NCBI GenBank assembly: GCA_020137815.1
Contig: CM035354.1
Coordinates: 3,720,001 to 3,784,000 of the forward strand
Source of the DNA: Hormiphora californensis
Taxonomy: Eukaryota > Animalia > Ctenophora
Length of the DNA stretch: 64,000 bases
Direction of reading: 5' to 3'
Position 1 is the first letter of the stretch. Each line of letters starts with the position of its first letter. Positions 51,062 to 64,000 of this stretch are shown here, piece by piece. The notes beneath the pieces are model-generated. The model searched no databases and was not told the origin of the DNA. It was given only the letters and a program-made list of their open reading frames with translations. A program made the translations under genes and the position numbers.

Positions 51062-53179
51062 TCTCACCACACAGCTGAGGGGAGAATTGGGTGTTAGACA
51101 CCGGACTAAGTGGGGCCAGTTTGGAGCTGGGTGGGTACACCACACAGCTGAGGAGAGGGGGGGGGGAGAATCGGGTGTTAGACCGGACTGAAGAGAGACG
51201 ATATGTTTGGGACTGAGGAGAGTGGAACCAAGTTTGGGGTTGTTTCAGAGAGTGGGGCCATGGTTGGGGATGGGCCATGGTTGGGGCTGGGCCAATGTGG
51301 GAGGAGCTTGTAGAGAAGGGCTGTGGTATCAGGGAGGGGTCATGTTTATGGTCAATGTCATGTTTAGTGTATACCGCCCCCGTTATAGTAGCTTGGTAAT
51401 GTACACGTGTGTCTATTTAATTAGCACGTCTCTCTCTCTGGATGTGGGGGATAGACAGTTCTGTGTTTACTGTCAATCTCTCTATCCTTCTTTCTCTATC
51501 TATATATCTCTCTCTCTATCCCGTCTATCTCTGGAAATGTGGTCATACGGTCTAATTGGTGGACCAATTAGACCAATTAATTAACCTGCTTGCGGTATAT
51601 AACACAGAGGATGCGTCAGCGGGGAGTAACCGTCATAAGCTGTAGCGACGACGTCAGAAATCTAGCTGATTCGAAAATCTTTACAAACAAAGCAACAATG
51701 ACAATGAGAGAGAGAATATATTCTATATTGAATTGGTAGACTGGGATATGTATCGAATTATATGAGAGAGATACACACAATACAATCTATCGCGTGTGTA
51801 GTGTACAAACGAATCTGAGTTGCATAGAGAAAATGAAAGATATTTACTATGGCGAGTTGGATAGTAAAAATAAAGAAAGGGAAGTACTTTGAGAAGGCAG
51901 GGAGCGCCGAAATATTTTGCAGGAGCTGGTCATCTACAGGAATAATATAATTGCTCTAAACAGAAGGGAAGGCTGTCAGTGAAAACCCCGACAGTCGGTA
52001 ATGAGAGTAGTATAGATAAGAGAAAACAGAGGCTACCTAGACAGCTGATAGAGAACTAAGACAGACATCGGGGAGGGAGAAAATACAGGTAGGTACTACA
52101 CAGTAAAAACACCGACTAGACAAACTGGGAGTAAGGCCTAAGGGAGTGCCTCATTGGATGAAAATATGCGAAATACTGGAGAGATCACCCCGGGGAATAA
52201 TATCAGTACGTGATTTTATTGTTCGGACTCAGTACGTGATTATATTGACTTGTTCGGACTTCGGCCCTCTCTTTCACAGAAGTTAAAGGATATAGGTTGT
52301 CTGCAGCCCAATTGATGCTTCCGCGAAGGAATGAATCATTCCGAATGATAGAGAAGGAATTATTGTCTTCCAAAACACGACACCAGCTATTAGACTCTGG
52401 AGCAGCCCGGCTGGATGTATTCAAAACTATTGCAAAACAATATAACTGCGACACCAGTGATGGCGTGTATCCGATAGGACCCAAGTACTGGACATTATAG
52501 CAAAGAACAACAACAAGCTGCAATGCGAATCCTTTCTCTCTCTCTCTCTCCTTCGTCCACGACTCTCTCTCCTTCTTCTTGTGGAACACATTGTTCAATC
52601 TGCGCTCTCTCTCCATGTGGTGGCGGTTTCCGGGGGTCCCCCTCCATAATGCCGCTCTCTTCTCTCCGGTCCACAATGATGTGGCTCAATCCTATCCGGT
52701 GATGTGTAGGAAAAGAGGAGAGATAGAGATAGAGGGAGGTTGAGAGTGAGATAGAGAGAACAATTGAGACAGCGGTATAGTGCAAGAGGAGGAGACGCAA
52801 CGTTGCAAGATGTGTATAATATTATTAGGGAACATGGACTAAAGAAGTGCACCATATGGAAATTTATGAGAAAGAAAGGGGGTTGGGGAAGCTGAAATGA
52901 AGAAAGGAAAGAGAGCAGAAACGAAAAAGAGAGGCGAATGAACAATGACCATAGGTAAACGACTGGCTGGCTCATATAAAGGTTCTGGAAACATAAAGTT
53001 GTTGTTCTGGAAAAGTTACAACATGCTGGAATTTGAGTAACTGCAAGCTAGGATTGGCGTCATTAGCTGCCATATAATGACCAAGGCCAAGGGAAACAAA
53101 AGATGATAATTCAGTAATTATTGTTATAGTTTTAGAGATGACTATTAGTGTGCATTAGAGAGATGATATACAGGTGAGA

Positions 53180-53222
<43 letters not shown>

Positions 53223-54205
53223 AGAGAGGTTCACTTTAGCATAATATATAATTCAGCACGGTCTGGACAGCAAGGTGTGAAAAGGAGCACGATGGATGGA
53301 AAGTGGCCCTATTATTGGATTATGAATCGAGAATATACAATTACGGGTAACAACCTAGCAATAAAATTACCACCCGGCCCTGGGATCAGTATTAATTTTA
53401 AAAACGAAAAAAACCAAAAAAAATAATAGAAACCCTAATAAACAGTTTTTACTTTTTCGTTGAAAGATAGATAAATAGGGGGGGGGAGAAAGAGAGAGGG
53501 GGGAGAGAGAAAAGAAAAAAAAAAAAAGGGGGGGGGGGGGGTTTTTTTCTCCTGGTTTTCTTCTTTCAAAGAGTAATTGTGACACATCTAATACTCGTAA
53601 TTTGCATGTTATTACGGATAAAGGGATATTAGTAGGAGACATAGATAGAGGTAGAGACAGAAGCAGGGAGATGGATAGATAGATAGAGATAGATAGATAG
53701 GGAGAGAAATATGGTGGCGAAGGGGATAAATTCGAGGAATAAAGATGAGATACGTGTCAACACATTTGTTGAATGAGCTATCAAGAGCAATTAGAAAGGG
53801 AGAAAAGAGAGAGAGAGAGAGAGGGGGGGGGGGGGGGGGAAAAAAAAAAAAAAGGGGGGGGGGAAAAAAATGACAGCATGACAGACCTTCTAAGAGCTCG
53901 GACTTGTTGTTGGGGAAGGATCGAGCAGCAGCTTGATCACATCTCGCGACATCGCGAGCTAAGAATATATTTTATATGCACATTGTGGGAAGAGAAAGGG
54001 GGGATGTTGTCCCCCCTCTCTGCCTTAAAAAGAGATCGGTTGGGTTTTGGGGGGGGGCCCCGGGAGGGGCCCAAAAACATGGAAAAGTGGTAAGAAAAAA
54101 TTTCATATCAACTGGAAAAGGGGGATAATGAATAAATTTTGAGAAAGGGGAAGAGAAAGGAGGAGGAGAAGGAAAAAAAAAGGGGGGGGGGGGGAAAAAA
54201 AAAAA

Positions 54206-54241
<36 letters not shown>

Positions 54242-54351
54242 AAAAAAAAAAAAAAAGGGGGGGGGGGGGGGGGGGGGGGGGAAAAAAAAGGGGGGGGGGG
54301 AAAAATTTTAAAAAAGGGGAAAACCCGGGAAAAAAAAAGGGAAAGGGGGAA

Positions 54352-54451
54352 NNNNNNNNNNNNNNNNNNNNNNNNNNNNNNNNNNNNNNNNNNNNNNNNN
54401 NNNNNNNNNNNNNNNNNNNNNNNNNNNNNNNNNNNNNNNNNNNNNNNNNNN
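54352..54451. other. Assembly gap (100 N) with low-quality flanks
   Basis: N run flanked by G/A and T homopolymer noise. Confidence 0.99.
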
Positions 54452-54580
54452 AAATTTTTTTTTTGTTTTTTTTTTTTTTTGTTAAAAAAATGCCCTTTTT
54501 TTTTTTTTTTTTAAAATTGGAAACTTTGAAGGGCCCACCAGAATATAATTTTGTGTATCTGTAGCGAAAAACAAAAGCTG

Positions 54581-54953
54581 TTAAACATATGTCACCTTAC
54601 GTAATATATCGGTTTAATATTTTTCAATATTTAAAAAATCTAGAACTGGCATTTTGTGCATGCTAAAATAATGGTAGCCCTTCAGAACTATAGAATCTTT
54701 GAATTAGGAGATCGTGAAGAAACTTCTAGAAGACCACCCACCCTTCAAAGAATGAACTTTAGTCACCCACGAAGTTGTTCTAGAATAGCAGATCAAGTTC
54801 TTTTAATGGGGGGCCTGTAATGGTTAACTAATAATAGATTCTTTGGAAAATCTTACTTTGATTTCCAAACTAGTTTAGCATGCACAAAGTACCGATTCTG
54901 TATTCTCTGAAAATTATAAAACCGATATATTACGCACGGTAACATATTTTTAA
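54581..54953. mobile_element. Diverged inverted-repeat element (MITE-like)
   Basis: CGTAATATATCGGTTT...TGTGCATGCTAAA pairs with TTTAGCATGCACA...AAACCGATATATTACG. Confidence 0.6.
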
Positions 54954-55035
54954 ACATCATTCATTTTTCACAATTTGTATCCTTGTGTCCAAGAATATAA
55001 ATCCTCGGTTATTCTAACATCTAACCATTACACAG

Positions 55036-55635
55036 GCAAACCACATTGGAGGTACTGGTGATCTCTGCTTAGAGGAGCTAAAGGAACACCTGAGGAGTAG
55101 CTCCCAGAGTGAACTACATGCTGAGTACCTCAGGTTACGTCATGAGAACTTTATGGAGCGCTTTAACGTCGCAAAGTTACCCGCCAATATCAAGAAGAAC
55201 CGATATTCAGATATCCTGGCATTCGATCACACTCGAGTGAAGTTACAGCAGTTACCAAATGATCAGGTAAAGAATATTCGCCGAATATATATACCCTATA
55301 CCGTATATCACGGCGCTGGCAAGCGCAAAGGTTGCCATCCCCCTCAGAAAGCGGCGGTATAGGGTATTTTGGTATTTTATACCGTATTCAATCACGATGA
55401 ACCACTAATTGGAGTTTTTTTTTCAATGTTAATGTTAGTGAGTGATTTCTTGATAGAAATTGATAAACCACACTTTTTAGATAAGAACTGACAGTTACCC
55501 GACAGTAGCTTAGTTTCTTGTTAGAACTTCGGAAGCTCTGTGTAAGGGAACATATTATACCATGTCACTTTGCCGCTACTACTACAGCTGTTATAAGACG
55601 AGTCGTATATTATAGATTTACGTCATATGCACCTG

Positions 55636-55685
<50 letters not shown>

Positions 55686-57400
55686 CCCCGCCTCTCTCTC
55701 TCTTTCTCTCTCTCTCCCTCTAAATAGTAAATGTTCTAACAACGCCCCTCCCTCCTCGCAGTATTCAGATTATATAAACGCTAACTATGTGGACGGATAT
55801 AACTCAGATAGGACGTATATCTTCACGCAGGGACCCCTCAATCATACTCTTGGAGACTTTTGGAGGATGGTAAGTTTGGAAACCCCCCACAGGACACAAC
55901 CCCTCCCGCCCCTCCCCTTCCCCATAAGTTTGGAAACCCCCTCCCCCGGCCCCTCTGCTCGTTATTTTAGGATTTAATTTAATAGTTTTGGTTCGCCTTG
56001 CCTGACCGGGCCGGACCCTCTCTCACATCGCTAAGAAGAATCACATCATTTCAGTTTCTAAGCAATCATATCAATTGAAATCATTATATTATGTAAGTCG
56101 GTCAGACAGAATCTGACACATGAATATATTTCTAACCAGAGAGATTTTCGTCTGAACTCTCTCGAATTAAAGAACCTGTCACAAAACCTGTCATTATCTT
56201 CTAGTTTTCTTAAAATAGAAATCGTAACTCCCTCGAATAGTTGGAGCTCACTCTATTTTAGGAATTTATTCTCTAGCTGCTTTCTCACTCAACACTGATA
56301 TCAACCTTTCCAACTGCAGGTTTGGGAGGAGAATGTATACTGTATCGTCATGACAACTCGTCTTGTTGAGCGGGGGAGGAACAAATGTGCTAGTTACTGG
56401 CCGGATAAGGGCACACAGCTCCAATATGGGTACTTTGTATTGTCTTGTTCGGATGAGCAGGAGACAGCAGACTATATCCGGAGAACGTTCACCATCTCGT
56501 TCCCCCAGGTTGGTAACTTAGTTTGAATTGTTTATACTTTCTTTGCACGGACACAGTGTCAAGCGACTCAAGTAGTAGTTGATCTTAGAATCTGTAATTA
56601 GTAATACATAGATCCAATGAAAACTAGTACGGTCCCAAACCCATTTTAAGGGACCCTTGAAAAATTTTTTTCCGTTTTAAAATCGTTGGGTGCGCCGGCA
56701 AACGGGGGTTCAAATTTAATTTTATTCCGGGGGAATTGGGACACCCCCTTAAAAGGGGGTGGCCGCTTCGGGGGCCGGTAAACCGGGTCCGCCGACACGG
56801 AAACATGGGTTTTTTAAAGCTACAAATCTGAATTTTTCCTTCACTTGTTTGTAAACTCGATCTCCCGCAGGTACGGCCGGAAGAACGAAGGGAAGGGGTT
56901 TCAAATTTCTTTTTTTATCCGGCCCGATTTTGGGAAAAACCCCCCTCTGCACGGGGATCCGGACTGCTTCGGGAGGTAAGGAAACCAGGCATCCCGCCGA
57001 GCCCCCAAAAAGGTAGGCGGGGGTTTTAGTGAAAAGGGGGTTGAGTAAGGAAATTTGTTTTGGTGGTTTTATCTTCTGTTTGAGTAGGTCATTTTTAATG
57101 GGGTTTTAAATGGTAAATAGTTTTAACTAGTAGTTTGATTCGGGGAACATAAAAACATGAGGACTTTAAATATTGAGGGGGTTCGAAAATGTCGGGTTCT
57201 CCCCCCCCTGTACAATACGTATCGTTGGCACATATTGCACTGCATACCTAAAACCCCCTGACCCCGTTAGTAAACCCCTAACTAATCACCCTTGATTCCC
57301 AGGTCCTGAGTATGAGGGACCCTCTCACGGGCCCCCTATCATGTGCCTGAGTGCGGGGTAGGTCGTCAGGCTTTGCTGTTTTTGACATATGCAAACCCAT
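55036..57400 (+). CDS. Classical protein tyrosine phosphatase, PTPN9/MEG2-like, partial; clean exons 55036-55266, 55762-55869, 56320-56508
   Basis: KNRYSDI, DHTRVKL, DYINAN, YIFTQGP, DFWRM|VWE, IVMTTR, KCASYWP. WPD-like (~56915) and HCSAGVGR-like (~57340) remnants lie in noisy sequence. Confidence 0.85.
55291..55367. mobile_element. Small inverted-repeat element in a PTP intron
   Basis: ATACCCTATACCG / CGGTATAGGGTAT. Its internal 24-mer is shared with the NHE intron at 1355-1378. Confidence 0.55.
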
Positions 57401-59427
57401 ATTATTTTAAAGAGACAAAGGGAAAGTTTGTTAAAGTGGTTTGGGGAAATTGGGCAAAACGGCTCAAGGGCATGGAAATTTTGATGTGGGGAATTCTATT
57501 TTTCATCTTTAATTTTTGCTACATGGAGCAATAAAAATACGAACGTATCCAAGTAAAACCCCCTTCTCCCCCTCTCTCCCCGGGATCGTTTTTCAAAATA
57601 ACCCTTCTCTTCTCCCAGATCCAAACCCCCGGGCCGTTGGGTTAAACAAACTAACCCCCTTCCCCTTTCCCAGTATCCAAAAAACCCCCCTACGTTATCT
57701 AAACTAAACCCTCTCTTCCTCAGTTCCAAAAACCCCCTTTTTATTTTTTATCCCCCGGCCCAAGTTTACTAAATAAACCCCCTCTTCCCCCAGATAAAAA
57801 AACCCCTCCTCCTCTTAGTTAAAAACCCCCCAAAATTTGTTTACTTGGCATACTAAAAAAGGGGGGGTGTTTTCTTTTTAAACTCCTCATCAGCCAGAGG
57901 GAGGGGAGAGAAAGGGGGGGGGAAATGAAATGGATTTGGAAATACGGAATTCCTCAATAGGTGGTTTTGGGGTTTTTTTTTTTTTTCCTCAGATTGGACC
58001 CCCCAAAGGGAAAAATTGAGCTTTGTGCGATAGAGAGATAGAGAGAGGGAGAGAGAGAAATGAACACTGGATATATCCTGGATATATATTCTTGATTCCA
58101 GTGTCGCTAGGTTTTATTTTCCATTGTTTTTTGTGTGTCAACTGAGAGCGAGGCAGTATGGGATCCTCCCCATATCACTGATATGATCAGTGGTGAGAGC
58201 TGTTTCTGTGTTATTTTATGTTTCAACTTGTTCAGGCTCTCTCGTGAACAGTATAATATTATCCTTGTTTTCTCAGCTGGTTTTCAAAAAGTGGGTAAAA
58301 CGAGATCAGAGAAGGGCCACTGAGATTTTCTCGGCAGTCGGAGAATATGTTTTGTTTCCTGCTCAGTAAGATCGTGCAAGGTATTTTGTTTCCTGCTCAA
58401 ATTCAATGAGCTAGTCGCTTTTGTCGTGTGTTTTTGTCCACAATCCTCCATCACTGTTTGTATGTGTCTATATTATTTGTCAGGGCGATATTGATCTTTC
58501 GAGCAAGTGTGAGAACATCAATTATTATTATTGGGAAATGGTTCTATTATATTCGGGAAACCATTTCTGGATCCATTGGTGAAGATGAATGTTGATGAAG
58601 ATGAATGTTGATAAAGAGAGAGGTGTAATGTATGCATCATCATACACAATCATGATCAAGGGGAGAGAGAGAGAGAGTTGAAGCCGTGCAAGTTCACATG
58701 TTTGTATGTGTGCCCTAATTTTGTACTATACAATATATTTCTTAGAAAATTCCAACAAACAATGACTTTGAATATTGTAAACAAGCTCAAGATGGGCTCA
58801 AGATCCTGCCTGAATATTTTAAGAAAATAAGACTGATTTTTTGAGGGAAAAACGCGGCGCGCAAATAATTTACGCGCGGTAGTACGTGCGCCGCGCGGCG
58901 CTATTCATTTTTTGAAATTGTTTCAATTTTTCAAATTTCCATTTTTTTCAATTTCCGTTTTTCGAATTTCGGTTTTTTTTTTCAGGTTTTACGTTTTGCT
59001 CTTGAACACCCCTACAACGAGCGCCGAGGCATGCACTGTCAAACAGTTTTGACGGTTACTGATACAGATCGAATCGGCTGTGAAACTCTGTAGAAGATAT
59101 GGATTGGTTAAAAGTTTTCCCGAGGAGATTTCCAGATCGACCCCTGCGAGAGGAGACAGGGATCCCTAAAAAGTCCATCCTTTACACAGCTTTTGCACCC
59201 CTAATGGTGCTAGGAAACCCTCGTCTGATTGAATCAGACTCTGAATTACAATTCATTTTTGGGCCGGATTACAATAAGGTCAAGGGAGGGAAAACTTGAG
59301 ATCTCATGACGCCGCCAATCCGTCATCATGAAGGATTAGCTCCTGTGAATGATCTGCACGATGAAATTAAGAGAGGATTCCGCGGAATTCTGACTTCCGT
59401 ACCGTCCCCCAAAACTTGATAACAGAC

Positions 59428-59518
59428 CTGTCAGGCCAACGCTCTGACCACAGTTCTCGCACGCTCCGCGTACTTATTTGAGAGAAATAAGAATAGGGTC
59501 AGGCCAATGCTCTGACAA
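59428..59518. mobile_element. MITE family A, copy 4
   Basis: Same termini; TSD TAACAGAC / TACCAGAC. Confidence 0.8.
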
Positions 59519-59659
59519 TACCAGACCAATTTTTCAATAGACGGGGTGAGAAAGCGTCTTCAGTTTCTCAGTTTAGCTTCAGAATTCAGTTTCACAAATT
59601 TTTAATTAATATTTTAAAACTTGATTGAATATTCCTCCTGTCTTTAGAAGTTAGGGAAA

Positions 59660-60820
59660 ATGGGGTGCAAGAAGAATATGATTAAACTGCTCCTCGTTGT
59701 ATTCAACGTGGTCGCTGTGGTAAGTCATGAAACTTTTCATTACATAAATCACAACTTTTAATTAATTCTCTCCCCCTAATCTCCCTCCCAACACCTAGAT
59801 AATTGGGCTTGCTCTGATTGGAATTGGTGCGTTTACAATGTACAGGTACGGGGACATTCTCTCCATCACTGAGAGTACATTTACCAGTATCCCAACTGTC
59901 CTGATCATCCTTGGTTTGATGGTGTTCATCCTGGGATTCCTTGGCTGCTTCGGATCCTTCCGGGAAAACAGGGCCCTCCTTATTTTCGTAAGTAACAATG
60001 AACTTTTATTTGGGAATATATTGACTCCCCCCCCCCCCCTTTCAAATTCCTTTTTTCCGAGAAATGAATATTTGTTGAGAAACTGTACAACTAAATATGG
60101 GCTGTGTATTTAAATGGTAAGTAGCGAGTGCGAATGATAATTAGACCTTTTTCAGTATACCATTCTGCTTGTCGTGGTTCTGATGGGTGAGGCTGTCGCT
60201 CTTATCATTTCACTGATCTACCAAAACAGTGTAAGTTATTTAGTTAACAGTAAGTTTAATTAATTTAAAGAAATGTTAATGAGGAATCATGTTAATAAAA
60301 CTCAAACAGACAAACAGACAACAGACAACAATAAAATAGTTGTGTGAGATTGAACAATGGACACGTGGCCTAGGAAATTTAGCAGCAAGAAAAGGAGAGA
60401 GAACAGAAAGGACAGATCAGTAGCTGAACAACTCATTACTCATTACATCATAGAGTGTTCTAGTCATAGCCTAACATTACAAAATTTATAGTATCGTCAG
60501 TCGCTTGTTCAGACTGTCTCCCGTTATGGCCTAAGTTTTATCATAACGTGTGTATTATCCATTCCATTCCTATCTTCCGGGTCGGTATTATTTCACGGAT
60601 TTCTCTTTTTTCATTCCTTCTTTATTTTACCTCTGCAATGTACGATCAGTAAACTTTTTATAATACTCCCTAACAATTCCCTAATAAATGAAATTCTCCC
60701 CTGCAGATCAAGGAGAAAGTGTTTGATGCTCTGGAGGTGAAAACCGATGAGTTCGTTAAATACGATATCACCAAGAAAGAAATGTACAAGGACTCTGCTG
60801 AAGTTGTCGACCAGATCCAG
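59660..60820 (+). CDS. Tetraspanin, 3'-partial; exons 59660-59719, 59799-59987, 60156-60230, 60707-60820
   Basis: MGCKKNMIKLLLVVFNVV, LGFLGCFGSFREN, TM3 containing Glu, then the EC2 helix ending VDQIQ. All introns are phase 0. The CCG exon was not found. Confidence 0.88.
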
Positions 60821-60824
60821 GTGG

Positions 60825-60862
<38 letters not shown>

Positions 60863-62799
60863 TACGACTAGAAGAGAAGAGAGAGAACAACGGAAAACTC
60901 CCCGCGTCTCAGCTACTCGAGAGATCTCTTGAGTAAACTCCTTTCGGAGAGCCACCCACGCAACAGAGCCACACATCGAAGCAAGCATTTTTGAAGAAAG
61001 GACAGGATGCAGAAGAGGGACCTGGGGGGGGACCCAACCCCCCCCGGGGGCCCCAAGGCTTTTTGGGTTTTTCGGGGGTGGGAAAAACCCCCCCCAAATT
61101 TAAAAAAGGGGGGGGAAAATTTTGGGGGAACCCCCCCCAAACGATACCGTCTAGGAGCGAGAGAGAGAGAGGGAGAGCAGAGAGTATCAACTCTCCCTCT
61201 CTCTATCTCCTACGCGATATGATATCTTCCTCTCTCTCCTCTCTCTCTCTCTTTGAACTCCTCGTCCATACCCCATACCAGGCTCACTGCCCTCCCAATT
61301 ATATTCCACAATCTAGTACTATACAGTTTCGGTGCTTATATATAGTTTTCGGTATGAAGATGTGTGTAACTTGTGTGTAATTATTGTTAGTATGTACTAA
61401 CTTGCAATTGCATGTGAGAAGTGAGTAATAAAATTTCAGAAGTCCGAGTACAGTCAAAATATCTTTTAGCTTTTTGATAAGGTCTGAAAGCAAAAATTCA
61501 CTAAATACTATTGATGCTCTTCATTTAACGCAAACAATATTAGCACAAATAAATTACATGGTATTTACATAAACTAATGTTATCTCAGCACATATGTGAA
61601 TTAAGGAGAACCCCCCTTTGCGCTGCTGCTTCTCTTTTCCCTCTTCATTCCTCAATCGTTTCTCTTTTCTCAGCTGTCCCACCCTCAGGGCCGCTTCCAT
61701 GCTTCGCTGGTGTGACTTAAATCTGAAGTTATAAATATATAAGATCATGTTTAAATCTGTCAATGTAATGAAGTCGAATTGAAAAAAAATTAAAAAACGC
61801 TTATATAGGGGGGGGGGTTTTACTTTTTGAAAAATCTTTAAAAATCGATTTTTATGTACCCTTTGCGCACTGGGGGCCAATTTTTTCTACTTCGGGGGTT
61901 TTGGGTTTCGGACGCGAGGGGGTGTCTAGATTAATTGGGGGGGAGAGGAACCGGAATCCAAATTTTCTTTGGTGGTTGCGTGCTCCCTACCGGCGGGGGT
62001 TTTTGCACTGCGTAACATAATCTCCCGGCAAACATCCCACTTTTCTGAAAATGGAATAGGGCTAAAGTCTTAACAATCAAAACTTGCCACTTGAGAACAG
62101 TTTCACTTACTGGTTTTTAAAAAAAACTAGTTGTCGGATTTTGGCGTTTATATTGACCGGGGCCCTTTAACAGATAACTCGGCCGAGTAATGATTCCTTG
62201 TGGCCTGTATTAAAAATTCCCCCTTTTTGCAAAATTGGGTTATAAATTTTGAAAATAAGTATTAATTCCATTATAATAATTTTTAGGAAATTGTATTTAA
62301 AACATTACTTGCTTTATTTAACATTTTTTTTGTCTTGGAAGAGAATTAATTTTAGTTTCTTTTCCCCTTAAGGAATGGGGAAAAATTTGTCCATGGAAAA
62401 ATTAGCAATTCTTATAACACTTTCTTTGAGGGGGTTAAAAAATATCCTCCCCCGACCAGCCCTTTATTCCTTTAGAAAAGGGTGGGGTCACCCATTTGTT
62501 TTCCCCTTTGGAAAATTATATTTATACATTTGGGATGAACGGGATTTTTTTGACGGGGTTTTACACCCCTAGTTTAATTGTCCAACCGTTTTCATGGCTT
62601 GGGGGCCGTTCGGAGGCACCAAGGGGGTTGGAGTAAAAAATTTTAATGAGAAAAAATTTTAAAACGGGTTTTTAAAACCCTTCATGGAAATAGGAGGGGG
62701 AAAAATAGTCAAAAAGTACATGGCTAATCTCTTTTTTTGGCGAAAAGGGGATGGGGTTTTTTTATCCTTGATATGAACCCTAAGCGTGAGAAGGGTTTA

Positions 62800-63887
62800 A
62801 AAACCCCGGTGGGGTGTGGGCCTATAACTTGTTAAAATTTTTTTTTGGCACAAAAAGTTGGGGTACCCACTTTCCGTCCACCTCAATTACACCTGTTAAT
62901 ATAAATTAGTTAGGTTTATCATAGAAAAAACCATGTCTCTAAACCATAAATTAACATATAATGTCCTTATTCTAGATACGCACCGGTTGCTACGGTCAAG
63001 CAGAGATAATACAGTATTTTGTTGTCCGAGCTTAGCTTCGAAACAACTGCCTCTGGATACTCTCTGGCTATTCCAAATCTGCGGAACTGCAACACAGGTA
63101 AGGTATTTAAATCAAAAGTGCATTTGTATAATATTCTTAGTAAATTTTATGTCTTTGTTATGCATGCATATGTTATAATAGTGGCAATATACATTTTTGG
63201 AGCATTGTCCGCTGCTCATGGTTGTTGATAGATAGAAGGAGTTTCAACAAACAGACGAAACAATATAATTTAGGTCAAAAAAATATAATTGCAATTTTAT
63301 TATTTTACTGCAATTTAACTGCAATTTTATTATATAATTGATTTTATCATTGTTTTGCCCTAAAATATGTTGTTTCGTCTATTTGTTGGCAATACGTTGG
63401 GAAATGTAGTATAAACTAACCTGAACTGGTGGCCTCTCCCACACTTTAGTCTTGAGGCACTCGCCAATAGGACCCTTGAATTCGGTGTTGGAAACTGTCC
63501 CACCGGTGTAATGTAAGGCAGCTGCCCTCAGTCCTAGTTCAAGTCTGTGGAGGCCACAAACTATTAGGTGCAGTCTCCGCTTCAGCAGCTTCTGTAGGTG
63601 GTTCACTATACCTAGGAATGTTTCAGTAGTTTGATATATCATGGTAGTTTGATGTATCATGGTATGATATATCGTTAATACATGTATATTAATTGTGCAG
63701 TTAATCAGTGCATTTTTATAGATCAACACTTTTAGATTGTTGAAAATTTACGCACCTCCAGTCCTCCCAAGATTGCCACTACATCCATCACAACCGACCA
63801 CTCGAACCCGCTCCAAAGGTATTCCCAATTGTTCTAAATGGTTAATGATACCTCTGGCCACAAGTTCCGCAGGTTTCTCGTTACCAC
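62800..63887 (-). CDS. Intron-containing transposase-like protein, hAT-related, partial; exons 63756-63887, 63421-63611, 62984-63086
   Basis: VVGCDGCSGNLGRTGG|IVNHLQ...LIVCGLHRLELGLR (catalytic-Asp-like DG plus CxxH), FKGPIG, LSSDNKILYYLC. GT-AG phases are consistent. The next exon runs into noisy sequence. Confidence 0.72.
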
Positions 63888-64000
63888 CTGCGTGTAAGAT
63901 TCAGAATTAAATACAATTTTGCAATATGAAAAATAGGTGTTACATTCTACAGCAGACTGGAAAATTTAGATGAATTTCAAACTTACGAAATGAATCGGCC

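Noticed and set aside
52200-52800. Overlapping ORFs upstream of the PDE
   Set aside because: No recognisable motif, partly GA-repeat derived, and no consistent splice model.
53380-54540. G-quadruplex cluster or Gly/Lys-rich ORF
   Set aside because: This is read-end noise flanking the N gap.
56620-58030. Pseudogenised or catalytically dead PTP
   Set aside because: The WPD and HCSAG regions fall in homopolymer-biased, indel-rich sequence; sequencing error is the simpler explanation.
58986-59400. Coding-like segment before the tetraspanin
   Set aside because: Interrupted frames and no family I recognise.
62975-63097. + strand exon as tetraspanin continuation
   Set aside because: There is no CCG motif, and the - strand reading fits the transposase-like gene with correct phases.

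Overview
Eukaryotic (animal) genomic DNA from a draft assembly. It has GT-AG introns, many (GA)n microsatellites, one 100-N gap and several noisy, indel-rich tracts. A 43-nt sequence at 29399-29441 (- strand) matches my recollection of the ctenophore (Pleurobrachia-type) spliced leader, so a comb-jelly origin is inferred, not proven. Genes I can read: 3' part of an SLC9A/NHE exchanger (+), a complete 3-exon Rap-like GTPase (+), a 5'-incomplete ABCA transporter (-), a DUF1295 membrane protein (-), a K2P channel with an atypical TIGWG filter (+), a GAF-GAF PDE of the PDE5/6/11 group (-), a partial PTPN9-like phosphatase (+), a partial tetraspanin (+) and a spliced hAT-related transposase-like gene (-). 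Main findings: (1) a ~0.9-kb retroelement that starts with a spliced-leader-like sequence, encodes only a decayed LINE ORF1, ends in a (TTTCAAG)n tail and appears nested in a second ORF1-only element; (2) repeated tandem duplication of exon-intron junctions, building minisatellites from splice sites; (3) a MITE family with 8-bp TSDs whose ends carry a directly repeated quasi-palindromic 19-mer; (4) an intronic array of RFX X-box motifs. All coordinates and exon boundaries were read by eye and may be off by a few bases.
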